Assembly: GCA_965112635.1 (NCBI GenBank)
Contig: OZ218778.1
Coordinates: forward strand, 480,001 to 544,000
DNA: 64,000 bases
Direction: 5' to 3'
Source: an uncultured bacterium
GTDB taxonomy: Bacteria > Oederibacteriota > Oederibacteriia > Oederibacteriales > Oederibacteriaceae
In this document: positions 9,060-17,574 of the stretch, piece after piece
Layout: every line of letters starts with the position of its first letter
Numbering within the stretch: position 1 is the stretch's first letter
The notes under the pieces: model-generated
Told to the model about the DNA's origin: nothing
What the model saw: the letters and a program-made list of their open reading frames with translations, nothing else
The model's database searches: none
Position numbers and translations under genes: made by a program

Positions 9060-9514
9060 CTATCCTCCAAACTTAAATTTACTTCCTTTAATTCGTCCTT
9101 ATTTATACCCCATATATCTGACGCAATCTCATTGATCTGGTCCTCATATTCACTTACATTTATTCCAGACATAACCTTGTCATGACATATTTTCGAGAGT
9201 CTTGCCAATTCTTGGTGAGCTTCTAAAATTTTAGTAAATTTAGGTATTTTTATTTTTTCCAAAATGTGAGTACTCTGTGATGTAGATATTGTGTAAGACC
9301 GAACAATTAGTCTAGTAATAGACGAATTTAATAGCGCACACAAATAATGAGCTTCTATTTCATCTTGAATATCAACCATCATAAGTTTATGATCTGGAAT
9401 AATTGTTTTACCATTTAATTCGGAAATAACAGCACATTCAAACTCTGAAGATTGTTCCTTCCAAACAACCTTAAACGGACTAAATGTATACGGTCCAATA
9501 TTATAAATAGCGTA
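9056..9514 (-). pseudogene. C-terminal remnant (target-recognition region) of a type IIG-like RM / N6-adenine methyltransferase, truncated by IS3
   Basis: YAIYNIGPYTFSPFKVVWKEQ...IPDHKLMM...EAHYLCALLNS; the stop overlaps the nurA GTG (GTGA); the upstream part is replaced by the IS end at 9515. Confidence 0.7.
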
Positions 9515-9554
9515 TGACCTGCCCCCATTCTTTGTACCACTTGTTAAGTTAGAG

Positions 9555-10307
9555 TTAAGCAGCATGACATAGGGCAATGCAAGGTTGCAGCAACCTTGCT
9601 TCCGGAGCTGGTGGCCGATACCCCAGTGAGCTATGCGGTCTTTTTGTATTGTACTCCTTCCTCCAGTTTTCGATAACATACTTTGCCTCCCACAGATTAT
9701 CAAATATTTCTCCGGCTAAGACCTCGTCCCTGAGTTTCCCATTAAAAGACTCGCAGTATCCGTTCTCCCACGGACTTCCAGGTTCGATAAATAAAGTCTT
9801 AACGCCGATATTACCCAGCCAACCTCTGATCATTTCTGAAGTAAACTCGCTTCCGTTATCCGACCTGATGTACTCAGGAATACCTCTACTGATGAATAGA
9901 TCCATCAAACATTCCTGAACATCATCCGCCTTGAGACTTCTTCCCACTACCAGAGCCAGGCACTCCCTGGTGTATTCGTCTATCACGGTCAAGATCCGGA
10001 ACGCTCGTCCTTCGCTTGTTCTATCCTTTACAAAATCATAGCTCCAGACATGGTCCTTATGATCTGGCCTTAATCTGACACAGGAGCCGTCGTTGAACCA
10101 CAGACGCCTTCTTTTACGCTGCTTCTTCGGTATTTTTAGCGCTTCCTGTCTCCATATTCGCTCAACTTTCTTGTGATTAACCAGCCATCCCTCATCTCTG
10201 AGCATTGCCGTAATCCTACGATATCCGTAACGGCCATACTGGTTGGCCAGATTGATGATAGTTTCTGCCAACCCCCAATCCCTTCCTTCGCGCTTTTGCT
10301 GGTACCT
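9555..10307 (-). pseudogene. IS3 orfB integrase-core transposase, C-terminal part
   Basis: YGYRRI, WSYDF, RSDNGSEF, PWENGYCESFNG, RPHSSLGY. The N-terminal codons lie beyond the IS256 (about 11743-11860). Confidence 0.9.
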
Positions 10308-11742
10308 GGTTGTGTACCATTCCTGGGTGTAACTTCAACGAGGGGAAAGGCAAGGTTAGATTGCAGCAATCTAACCTTGCGGCCCCAAAAATAAGTCCAC
10401 GGGCGTAGACTAGGTGATTGCTTAGGTCACCAAACCCAAAATAAAAGGAGGTCTACACCCGTGAAGTCATTATCCCAAAGAATTGAGATTTATACGAATC
10501 AGAAAATCAGAGAAAAAGTCAGAAAGATCGCACAGCCCGGTGTCGCTCTGGAAGTAATTGGCCAGGAGGTCAATGCCATCATTGCCCAGGCTTTAGATAT
10601 TCAACTGGAGGCTGAAAGGGACGAGTTTTTGGGCCGTCAGCCTTATGAACGCCTTGAAAACAGCCCTAAAAGAAACGGTTTTAAATCCACCTCTGTCCCC
10701 GGCTTTTTTGGCAGACTTTTTCTGCACAAACCAGCTCTACGCCAGGGGTCCCTTCACTCGCCCTTGCTTACCGCCCTCAAACAAGCTGGAAAAGGCCTGG
10801 CTTCCTTCCTCGCCATCCGCTTCTGGCTCAAAGGCGCTGCCACTCGCTCTACCGCCGCTGAGATAAATGCCGCTTTGGGCACAAAGCTCTCTCACTCCAC
10901 CGTCTCCACTCTCACCAACGCCTTGGAGCCAGCCATCCGTCAGTGGATGAATCGTCCCATTCCTCCCAACATCACCTACCTGCTCCTGGACGCCGCCTAC
11001 CTGCCTGTCAGAAGACCTGGTTTTACCTCCAAACAAGCTCTATTGCTCGCCCTAGGCATGGATTCCTTTGGCAATCGCCATGTCCTGGGTTTCCTTCTCG
11101 GCGATAGAGAGTCCTTGGACTCCTGGCAGGCTTTTATCAATGACCTCCTCAAAAGAGGCCTTAACCGCAACACCCTCAGGCTCGTCATCTCCGATGAACA
11201 CAAGGCCATTGAGCAGGCCGTCAAAAACCTCCTGGCTGTCCCTCACCAGCTCTGCCTGGTCCACAAGATCCGAAACCTCAGAGCCATTATGCCTCGCCGT
11301 GACTGGGGTGCCTTCCTTAACGATTTCAAAGCTATCTATTGGGCCGATTCCCGCAAACTGGCTCTCCAGGCCTTTGGCCGCCTCCAAGCTCGCTGGATGA
11401 AACTCTATCCTAGAGCTACGGCTATGGCTCTCGATAGGTTCGACAACCTCACCACCTTCATGAACGAACCCCAGCATGTCTGGCGCACTCTCCGCTCCAG
11501 CAATCTCATCGAACGCTTTATCGCCGAGATCAAACGGCGCACCCGTGCTGCCGGCACCATGCACTCCGAATTGGAGGTCGCTAAGATCGTCTGGTCTGTT
11601 TCTACCACTCAGGAAGATAATTGGTCTAAAAGAAAACTCTGGAAATCTCAAGGAGGTGATCTGGTTCAGGAAGGCTTGCTAAATGTTGCTTAACCTACTA
11701 CCCGTGGACTTAACAACTTACACCCGAAAACTTGACATAATC
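10308..11742 (+). mobile_element. IS256-family element nested in IS3 orfB
   Basis: Imperfect IRs GGTTGTGTACCATTCCTGGGTGTAA and GATTATGTCAAGTTTTCGGGTGTAA; 9-bp direct repeat CTGGTACCT at 10299-10307 and 11743-11751. Confidence 0.9.
10461..11693 (+). CDS. IS256-family (Mutator-like) transposase
   Basis: RNGF, LLLDAAY, VISDEH, QLCLVHKIRN, RSSNLIER. GTG start after AAGGAGG. Confidence 0.92.
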   Translation: MKSLSQRIEIYTNQKIREKVRKIAQPGVALEVIGQEVNAIIAQALDIQLEAERDEFLGRQPYERLENSPKRNGFKSTSVPGFFGRLFLHKPALRQGSLHSPLLTALKQAGKGLASFLAIRFWLKGAATRSTAAEINAALGTKLSHSTVSTLTNALEPAIRQWMNRPIPPNITYLLLDAAYLPVRRPGFTSKQALLLALGMDSFGNRHVLGFLLGDRESLDSWQAFINDLLKRGLNRNTLRLVISDEHKAIEQAVKNLLAVPHQLCLVHKIRNLRAIMPRRDWGAFLNDFKAIYWADSRKLALQAFGRLQARWMKLYPRATAMALDRFDNLTTFMNEPQHVWRTLRSSNLIERFIAEIKRRTRAAGTMHSELEVAKIVWSVSTTQEDNWSKRKLWKSQGGDLVQEGLLNVA

Positions 11743-11852
11743 CTGGTACCTCTGCGTTGAGCGCCCTTGCTCTACTGCTTTGCATGCCCGGCGCTCAGAA
11801 ACTCCCATATTTACGCAGACTTCTTCTACCGCTGCGCGTCTTTTCACCGGGC

Positions 11853-12143
11853 TTAATATTTTCCCGAACTTATCACCTTGTTGTATTCCTTCAGTATCTG
11901 GATATCCAAAGCTTGATTTGCGATCACTTTCTTTAACTGGTTATTTTCTTGCTCCAGCGACCTTAATCGCTTGGCCTCGTCCACTTTCATCCCGCCGTAT
12001 TTCTGCCGCCACTTGTAGTAGGTATTCGCCGATATTCCTTTTGCCCGACAAAGCTCCTCTACCGTCTTGCCTTTGGCTATCTCTACCTCAAACTCCCGTA
12101 GCATGGATACGACCTGCTCGGGTTTGTTGTATTTCCTTGGCAT
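11853..12143 (-). CDS. IS3 orfA (HTH transposase subunit)
   Basis: PEQVVSMLRE...GISANTYYKWRQKYGGM...LEQENNQLKK; ends in a GGGAAAA candidate frameshift site. Confidence 0.9.
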   Translation of the reverse strand: MPRKYNKPEQVVSMLREFEVEIAKGKTVEELCRAKGISANTYYKWRQKYGGMKVDEAKRLRSLEQENNQLKKVIANQALDIQILKEYNKVISSGKY

Positions 12144-12212
12144 AAAAATCCCCCTTCCTTTGTCCTTCCTTTAGAGTTATTCTAACTCAAAAGGTGGACC
12201 AGTTTTAGGGGG

Positions 12213-13070
12213 TCAGGTCATGGCACCCTCTTTTTTTTGGTCTAAATAGGCCCTGACCCTTTCCTGGTTACTTGAAAAATTCTGTTCTTGCGCATCCTCA
12301 GAAGGCATAGGCTGTCCGGTTTCCCCGTCAAGTGAGGCCGTTGTTTCAACCACAGAACCTGTCCCGGCCTCCGGCCTGGGAGGTCCTGGAACAGGCCTGT
12401 CCTGGGTCCGTGTTTTGGTCCCCGGCCCTGTCATGGCTGTGGTATCCCTGGTTTTTCCCGGTTTGCTTACGGCCAGGGCCAGCACTTCCAGCCAGGAGAA
12501 ACGGAACATGGAGAGCATGGCCTGCTTGATCTTTTCCACTTCCTTGGGATCGGTCCGGTCCCTCAGGAGCCTCAAGCGCCTGAGGTTCCATTCGCTTATT
12601 ATTTGCAGGAGGGAAAGGACCAGGCTAAACCAGATGGACGAGACCAGGAACATGATCCGGTTATCCCCGGCTATGGACAAGTCTGCCCACCCCAATTTCT
12701 CCAGGATATGCAGCAATATCCAGAGGCTAAACCACATAGCCAGGGTAATTAAGGAGGGTATCCTAAACCAGGGCCTGTCCGGCTCGGTCTGGCCTGCCCG
12801 GAAAAACGCCCAGGCTTTGAACTCCTGCCAGTAAACATAGAGGCTGAACAGGACCGTATAGCACAGGAAAAACCACCTGGTGCCAGCCAGGGCAGTCAGC
12901 GCATTAGTGTTGCCCCAGAAAATGTTGTAAAAACCCCGATGATAGAATTTCAAGTTTATGTCCAGGGGATCGGCCCAAACCCGAAAAAGGATACAGCCCA
13001 GGTTCAGCCCGGCGCTGAGCCAGGCCAGCATGGAAAACAGGCTTTTGGGGAGGTTTTCAGACCTAGTCAT
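12213..13070 (-). CDS. Hypothetical membrane protein; stop codon supplied by the IS3 end
   Basis: Several hydrophobic segments plus a low-complexity tail; TGA at 12213-12215 lies inside the IS terminal repeat. Confidence 0.55.
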   Translation of the reverse strand: MTRSENLPKSLFSMLAWLSAGLNLGCILFRVWADPLDINLKFYHRGFYNIFWGNTNALTALAGTRWFFLCYTVLFSLYVYWQEFKAWAFFRAGQTEPDRPWFRIPSLITLAMWFSLWILLHILEKLGWADLSIAGDNRIMFLVSSIWFSLVLSLLQIISEWNLRRLRLLRDRTDPKEVEKIKQAMLSMFRFSWLEVLALAVSKPGKTRDTTAMTGPGTKTRTQDRPVPGPPRPEAGTGSVVETTASLDGETGQPMPSEDAQEQNFSSNQERVRAYLDQKKEGAMT

Positions 13071-13118
13071 GGGAGGAATTATATCAGGGGTTTTTCTAGA
13101 CTCAATATGCCCGGTTCA

Positions 13119-13272
13119 ACTAGTGTCACCACTAGTGTCACCAAGGCATGGGTCATGACACTAGCTAGGCTGGCGGGGCAAGATGATTGTTTATAGCCTG
13201 TAATATATAAAGAAACACTAGTGTCATGACTAGTGTCACCAGGCTATGGGTCATGACACTAGTTGGACTGGC
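13119..13272. repeat. Iteron-like cluster of ACTAGTGTCA repeats
   Basis: Two units 98 bp apart, each with two direct ACTAGTGTCA plus one inverted TGACACTAG; AT-rich spacer TAATATATAAAGAAA. Confidence 0.8.
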
Positions 13273-13325
13273 CGAGGGTGGCATAAGCTGGCCAGGGGAT
13301 GGCAAGGGACTGAGCAGGGATTGTT

Positions 13326-14876
13326 TTATCTGACTATCGCCAGCTTTTTGATGACGGTGGTCTCTTTGCCTGAAAGGTCTTTGACCCTGATCCTGTAAAG
13401 GTAAGCCCCGTTAGCCAGACCAGAGACGCCAAAAAAGAACTGATTTGTGCCTGCGTTGGTTGGTGCAGGTTTGGTCCAGATACTTCTACCGTTGGAAGTA
13501 AATATTTCAATAGAGGCGCTCTGCGCCTGCCCGGCCAGGTAGTACTGGATAACCCCTGTATTTCCCTTAATGGGATCAGGAACTGTATGCACATTACTTT
13601 CTTGAATTAAAGTGGAGGGTATAGGAGTAGGCATATTTGTTGGAGTAGAGGTTGGAGGGTTATAGCATATTTGAAGCTGAGGACAATTGTTAGAAAAACC
13701 TCCGAAATATAAAGCTGTTAAATTATAGCCAGGTAATAAACACATACCTTCATTACTGGATAACATATTTAAAACCTCTGAATTGCTTAACGGAACCGTA
13801 AATTGTGTATATGAAAAGGAAAGGGGATTGATGATTCCCATATAGGGATAAAAACAATCCCACCCTAAATCCATACATCCACCTCCGCCCCCTACCCATT
13901 GCGTTGTTCCTGTTTGATAGTTCCAACATGCTCCATATTGAGTATATAAATTATTTGCCGGTGCAATTCTAGAAACATAACATGTCGTCATACCGCCCGC
14001 ATTTGCAACATACATTGATAAAAAAGCCCAATTTATAGTTGAACCAGGTTGAATAGCGGATAAATTCCATTTTAAAACTGCAGTGGAATTTGTTGAGTTA
14101 TAATTATTACCTACAAAATAATATGATGGACATCCATAATTTTGACTAGGTTGTGATTGAACTAATTCAGCCATAATTATAGGTGTTGCTATAAAATTAG
14201 GAGTTGGAGTGAAAGAAGGTGAGCAAACGCCACTGGTAACTCCGATCATAAAATTACTCCATCTCGCCGCAATATTCATTGAACCAATCTGGGAATCACC
14301 GCTTAACATACCACATTGAGTGCCTGTATTGGTAAACGTATTATCAGTTATGGTGGTGAGCAAGGCATCATCGACATAAATATTGCAGGTGCACCATTTG
14401 CAAACGACCTTAATAATATCCCCGTTTGCCGGAGCGGGCCCACCGCTGCCGAGAACTCCCAGGGTGTTGTTCGCGAAATAGCCCCATTTATAATTATGTC
14501 CCCCGGAAGTATCGTCCCAAACAACATAAAAATTATTTTGGTCTTGCGCCCTGAAGATCACTCCCTGGTTGGTTTCATGATTGGATAATACGCATTGAAC
14601 GGTGTAGTCAGGGCCGCCTGAATTAATTAATGCTCTTCCGTACTGCGTGGGAGCGTAGGCCTGGCCTGATGATATGCCGAAATTTTGATTATAGGCCAGC
14701 CAGGATTGCCCTGTGTCAGCCGTTCCCAGGGATGATGAATTATCAGGACGATTGAAACTGTCAGTAACAATAGGACACGCGGTTGGGGTTGGTGTTTGAC
14801 AAAAAACAGACTTTGCCATTGATAATGAAATGATAAAAAAAATCAAATACTCAAACCACAAAAACGACTTTTTCAT
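13326..14876 (-). CDS. Secreted modular protein with Pro/Thr linkers and a T9SS-type C-terminal sorting domain
   Basis: Signal peptide, TPTP linkers, C-terminal VPDPI...IEIFTSNGR...LANGAYLYRI...KKLAIVR. Confidence 0.75.
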   Translation of the reverse strand: MKKSFLWFEYLIFFIISLSMAKSVFCQTPTPTACPIVTDSFNRPDNSSSLGTADTGQSWLAYNQNFGISSGQAYAPTQYGRALINSGGPDYTVQCVLSNHETNQGVIFRAQDQNNFYVVWDDTSGGHNYKWGYFANNTLGVLGSGGPAPANGDIIKVVCKWCTCNIYVDDALLTTITDNTFTNTGTQCGMLSGDSQIGSMNIAARWSNFMIGVTSGVCSPSFTPTPNFIATPIIMAELVQSQPSQNYGCPSYYFVGNNYNSTNSTAVLKWNLSAIQPGSTINWAFLSMYVANAGGMTTCYVSRIAPANNLYTQYGACWNYQTGTTQWVGGGGGCMDLGWDCFYPYMGIINPLSFSYTQFTVPLSNSEVLNMLSSNEGMCLLPGYNLTALYFGGFSNNCPQLQICYNPPTSTPTNMPTPIPSTLIQESNVHTVPDPIKGNTGVIQYYLAGQAQSASIEIFTSNGRSIWTKPAPTNAGTNQFFFGVSGLANGAYLYRIRVKDLSGKETTVIKKLAIVR

Positions 14877-14896
14877 CTACCCTTCCCTGCCTCTTT

Positions 14897-15745
14897 TTAT
14901 TTATTGTATTCTTTGACAAACTCCGCCAGGGACTGTTTCCACGGTCGCATGCTAAACCCGGTTTTTTTGAGCTTGGCTTTGCTGAGCACCGTATAGGCCG
15001 GCCTCGCAGCCGGCTGTTCCAGCTCCTCAAATTTAATAGGCCTGACCTTTTTTGTAAGCCTTGCCAGCTTTAAAACAGCCTTGCCGTATTCCAGCCAGTT
15101 GCAGGACCCTTGTCCGGACACATGATAGACGCCTTTTGCCTTGATATGGATGAGATGTTTGATGGCCAAAGCCAAATCCTTGGTGTAGGTCGGCGAACCT
15201 TTTTTATTGTCCACCAGCTTGAGTTCCGGCTTGGTCCTGGCCCACTCCAGCACATTGGTCACGAAATTGGTCCGGCCAAATCCGTACACCCAGGAAGTCC
15301 GCACAATGGTCCACGCGCCCCCCGCGGCCTGCACAGCCTGCTCTCCCATCAGCTTGGTCTCACCGTAAATATTGATAGGGTGTACCGGGTCGGTTTCTTT
15401 ATAGGGCGTTTTTTTCTTGCCGTCAAAAACATAGTCCGTGGAAACATAGATGAGCCGTGCCCCGGCTTTTTTCGCACCCTGTGCCACCAGGGCCGTACCG
15501 ATCTTATTTACCTTTTCTGCTTCTTCCCTGTCCACCTCGCACCCGTCCACATCCGTCAAGGCCGCCCCATGGATGACCACCTCAGGCTTGAAATGACAGA
15601 TGGTCTCTATAATTTTGGGAGAGGTGATGTCGTCCGTGACCAGGCGCGCCAAAAAAAGCTTGTGGTCCTTAAAAACCTTTTCCAGGGCCCGGCCCAGCTG
15701 GCCCTCGCTGCCGGTAATGAATATCCTGAGTGATTTAGAGGTCAT
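14897..15745 (-). CDS. rfbD: dTDP-4-dehydrorhamnose reductase
   Basis: GSEGQLG, STDYVFDG, YGETK, GSPT, AARP. Confidence 0.93.
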   Translation of the reverse strand: MTSKSLRIFITGSEGQLGRALEKVFKDHKLFLARLVTDDITSPKIIETICHFKPEVVIHGAALTDVDGCEVDREEAEKVNKIGTALVAQGAKKAGARLIYVSTDYVFDGKKKTPYKETDPVHPINIYGETKLMGEQAVQAAGGAWTIVRTSWVYGFGRTNFVTNVLEWARTKPELKLVDNKKGSPTYTKDLALAIKHLIHIKAKGVYHVSGQGSCNWLEYGKAVLKLARLTKKVRPIKFEELEQPAARPAYTVLSKAKLKKTGFSMRPWKQSLAEFVKEYNK

Positions 15746-16740
15746 CTTTTGCCGTACATCTTTTCATAATATTTCTTGAATTCGCCTGACTTTATCTTTT
15801 TCCACCAGGCCGTTTCTTGTTTGTACCACTCCACGGTCAGGGCTATGCTCTCGCTGAAACTATACCTGGGTTTAAAACCTATTTTTTTGACCTTGCTGCA
15901 GTCCAGCGAATACCTGCGGTCATGGCCCGGCCTGTCCTTGATGTACTGGATGGTCTTTTCCGGCCTAGCCAGCTGCCTGAGGATCTCCCGGCTGATGTCC
16001 AGGTTGCTCATCTCCTGCCCGCCTCCTAAATTGTAAATCTCACCGGGTTTGCCTTTTTGCAGGATAAAATCCACCCCTGCGCAGTGGTCCTCCACATAGA
16101 TCCAGTCGCGGACATTCATCCCGTCTCCGTAAAGGAAAATAGGCTTGCCTTCCAGCACATTGGTGATGGAGAGGCTGATCAGCTTTTCCGGATACTGATA
16201 GGACCCGTAATTGTTGGTGCACCGGGTGATGAGCACAGGCAAGCCAAAAGTCCGGAAGTAGGACAGGACCATGAGGTCAGCGCTCGCCTTGGCCGCGGAA
16301 TAGGGGCTGTTGGGATGGAGCTGGGATTTTTCATTGAAGGAGCCTTTATCAATGCTCCCGTAAACCTCATCCGTGCTGATCTGCAGATATTTCTTGTGTT
16401 TGAATTTCCTGGCCGCCTCCAGGAGCACATAAGTGCCGTAAACATTGGTCTGGACAAACCCTCCGGGCTCCTGGATGGAGCGGTCCACGTGGGTCTCCGC
16501 CGCGAAATTGATGATAACGTCTGTTTTTTGGGCCAGGGATCCCACTATTCTGCGGTCGCAGATATCCCCTTTGACGAATTTATACCTGGGGTTCTTTTCC
16601 ACATCCCGCAGGTTGTCCAAGTTGCCCGCGTAGGTGAGCTTATCAAGATTAACAATGGACCAGGCTGGATGTTTGTGGAGCATAAAGCGGATAAAGTTAC
16701 TGCCGATAAATCCCGCCCCGCCGGTTACTAAAAGTCTCAT
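15742..16740 (-). CDS. rfbB: dTDP-glucose 4,6-dehydratase
   Basis: GGAGFIGSNF, AAETHVDRSI, STDEVYG, DRPGHDRRY. Confidence 0.96.
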   Translation of the reverse strand: MRLLVTGGAGFIGSNFIRFMLHKHPAWSIVNLDKLTYAGNLDNLRDVEKNPRYKFVKGDICDRRIVGSLAQKTDVIINFAAETHVDRSIQEPGGFVQTNVYGTYVLLEAARKFKHKKYLQISTDEVYGSIDKGSFNEKSQLHPNSPYSAAKASADLMVLSYFRTFGLPVLITRCTNNYGSYQYPEKLISLSITNVLEGKPIFLYGDGMNVRDWIYVEDHCAGVDFILQKGKPGEIYNLGGGQEMSNLDISREILRQLARPEKTIQYIKDRPGHDRRYSLDCSKVKKIGFKPRYSFSESIALTVEWYKQETAWWKKIKSGEFKKYYEKMYGKR

Positions 16741-16759
16741 AAACCACCTCTTATTTTCC

Positions 16760-16841
16760 TGTCACTCCCGCGAAAGCGGGAGTCCAGTTAATTTCCTATC
16801 ACAAAACAATGGATTCCCGCTTAAACACTGCGGGAATGACA
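16760..16841. repeat. Intergenic REP-like palindromic element
   Basis: TGTCACTCCCGCGAAAGCGGGAGTCCA...TGGATTCCCGC...GCGGGAATGACA. Confidence 0.7.
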
Positions 16842-16856
16842 GCCGAATTTCGGTTG

Positions 16857-17417
16857 TCACTTTTTATAAACGAACACATCCTTCAGGTCTTTTAATCTGA
16901 GAAGAACCGCGTCTTTTTTGGAAATAATGGGGTCTTTGACCGGCCACTTTACGCCGATGTCCGGGTCGTTCCAGATGATGCCTGCGTCATCCTGGGGCGA
17001 ATATTCCGCCGTGGTCTTGTACAGCACTTCGGCCGTGTCGCTCAACATGCACATCCCATGGGCGAACCCGACCGGGATATAGATCATCTTTTTGTTTTCC
17101 GCCGACAGATCGGCTCCTACCCACCTGCCAAAGGTCGGCGAACCCTGGCGGAGGTCCACAGCCACGTCAAAAATTTCACCCGCGACCACCCGGAGCAGTT
17201 TGCCCTGCGCATGGGGATTTTTTTGGAAATGCAGGCCCCGCAAGACATTCCTGGAGGACACAGAATGGTTGTCCTGCACAAAGTCCTCGGCAATGCCAAA
17301 AGCCCTGAACTCGGAGGATTTATAGGTTTCCATGAAAAAACCGCGCTCATCCTTGAATACTTTGGGTTCGATAAGGATAACTTCGGGGATCTCCAGGCGT
17401 TTAAAACTGAAAGGCAT
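16857..17417 (-). CDS. rfbC: dTDP-4-dehydrorhamnose 3,5-epimerase
   Basis: DERGFF, QDNHS, RGLHFQ, GFAHG. Confidence 0.96.
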   Translation of the reverse strand: MPFSFKRLEIPEVILIEPKVFKDERGFFMETYKSSEFRAFGIAEDFVQDNHSVSSRNVLRGLHFQKNPHAQGKLLRVVAGEIFDVAVDLRQGSPTFGRWVGADLSAENKKMIYIPVGFAHGMCMLSDTAEVLYKTTAEYSPQDDAGIIWNDPDIGVKWPVKDPIISKKDAVLLRLKDLKDVFVYKK

Positions 17418-17456
17418 AATCTCCTCTTATGTTCCCAAACTAAAGTTAAAACAATA

Positions 17457-17556
17457 TCCCCTCCCTTTTTCGACGCCCTCATGGGCTCATGCCCACGCAC
17501 CTTGAGGGCGAGGTGCGCACGCATGAGCGTGTGGGAGGGGACTGAGGGGGAGGGTG
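17457..17556. repeat. Intergenic nested-palindrome element
   Basis: TCCCCTCCC/GGGAGGGGA outer stem with GCTCATGC/GCATGAGC and GCACCT/AGGTGC inner stems. Confidence 0.55.
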
Positions 17557-17574
17557 GTACATTCACTACCCTTC

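Larger units (their letters stand above)
9515..12220 (-). mobile_element. IS3-family element (IS407-like), interrupted by IS256
   Basis: Inverted ends TGACCTGCCCCCATTCTTTGTACCACTTGTTAAGTTAGA and TGACCTGACCCCCTAAAACTGGTCCACCTTTTGAGTTAGA; orfA plus DDE orfB; no flanking target duplication. Confidence 0.9.

Noticed and set aside
9515-9703. N-terminal part of the 215-aa ORF 9056-9703
   Set aside because: It is read-through from IS3 DNA; only 9056-9514 is MTase-derived.
13119-13272. Possible CRISPR array
   Set aside because: Short cores in both orientations, only two units, no unique equal-length spacers and no cas genes.
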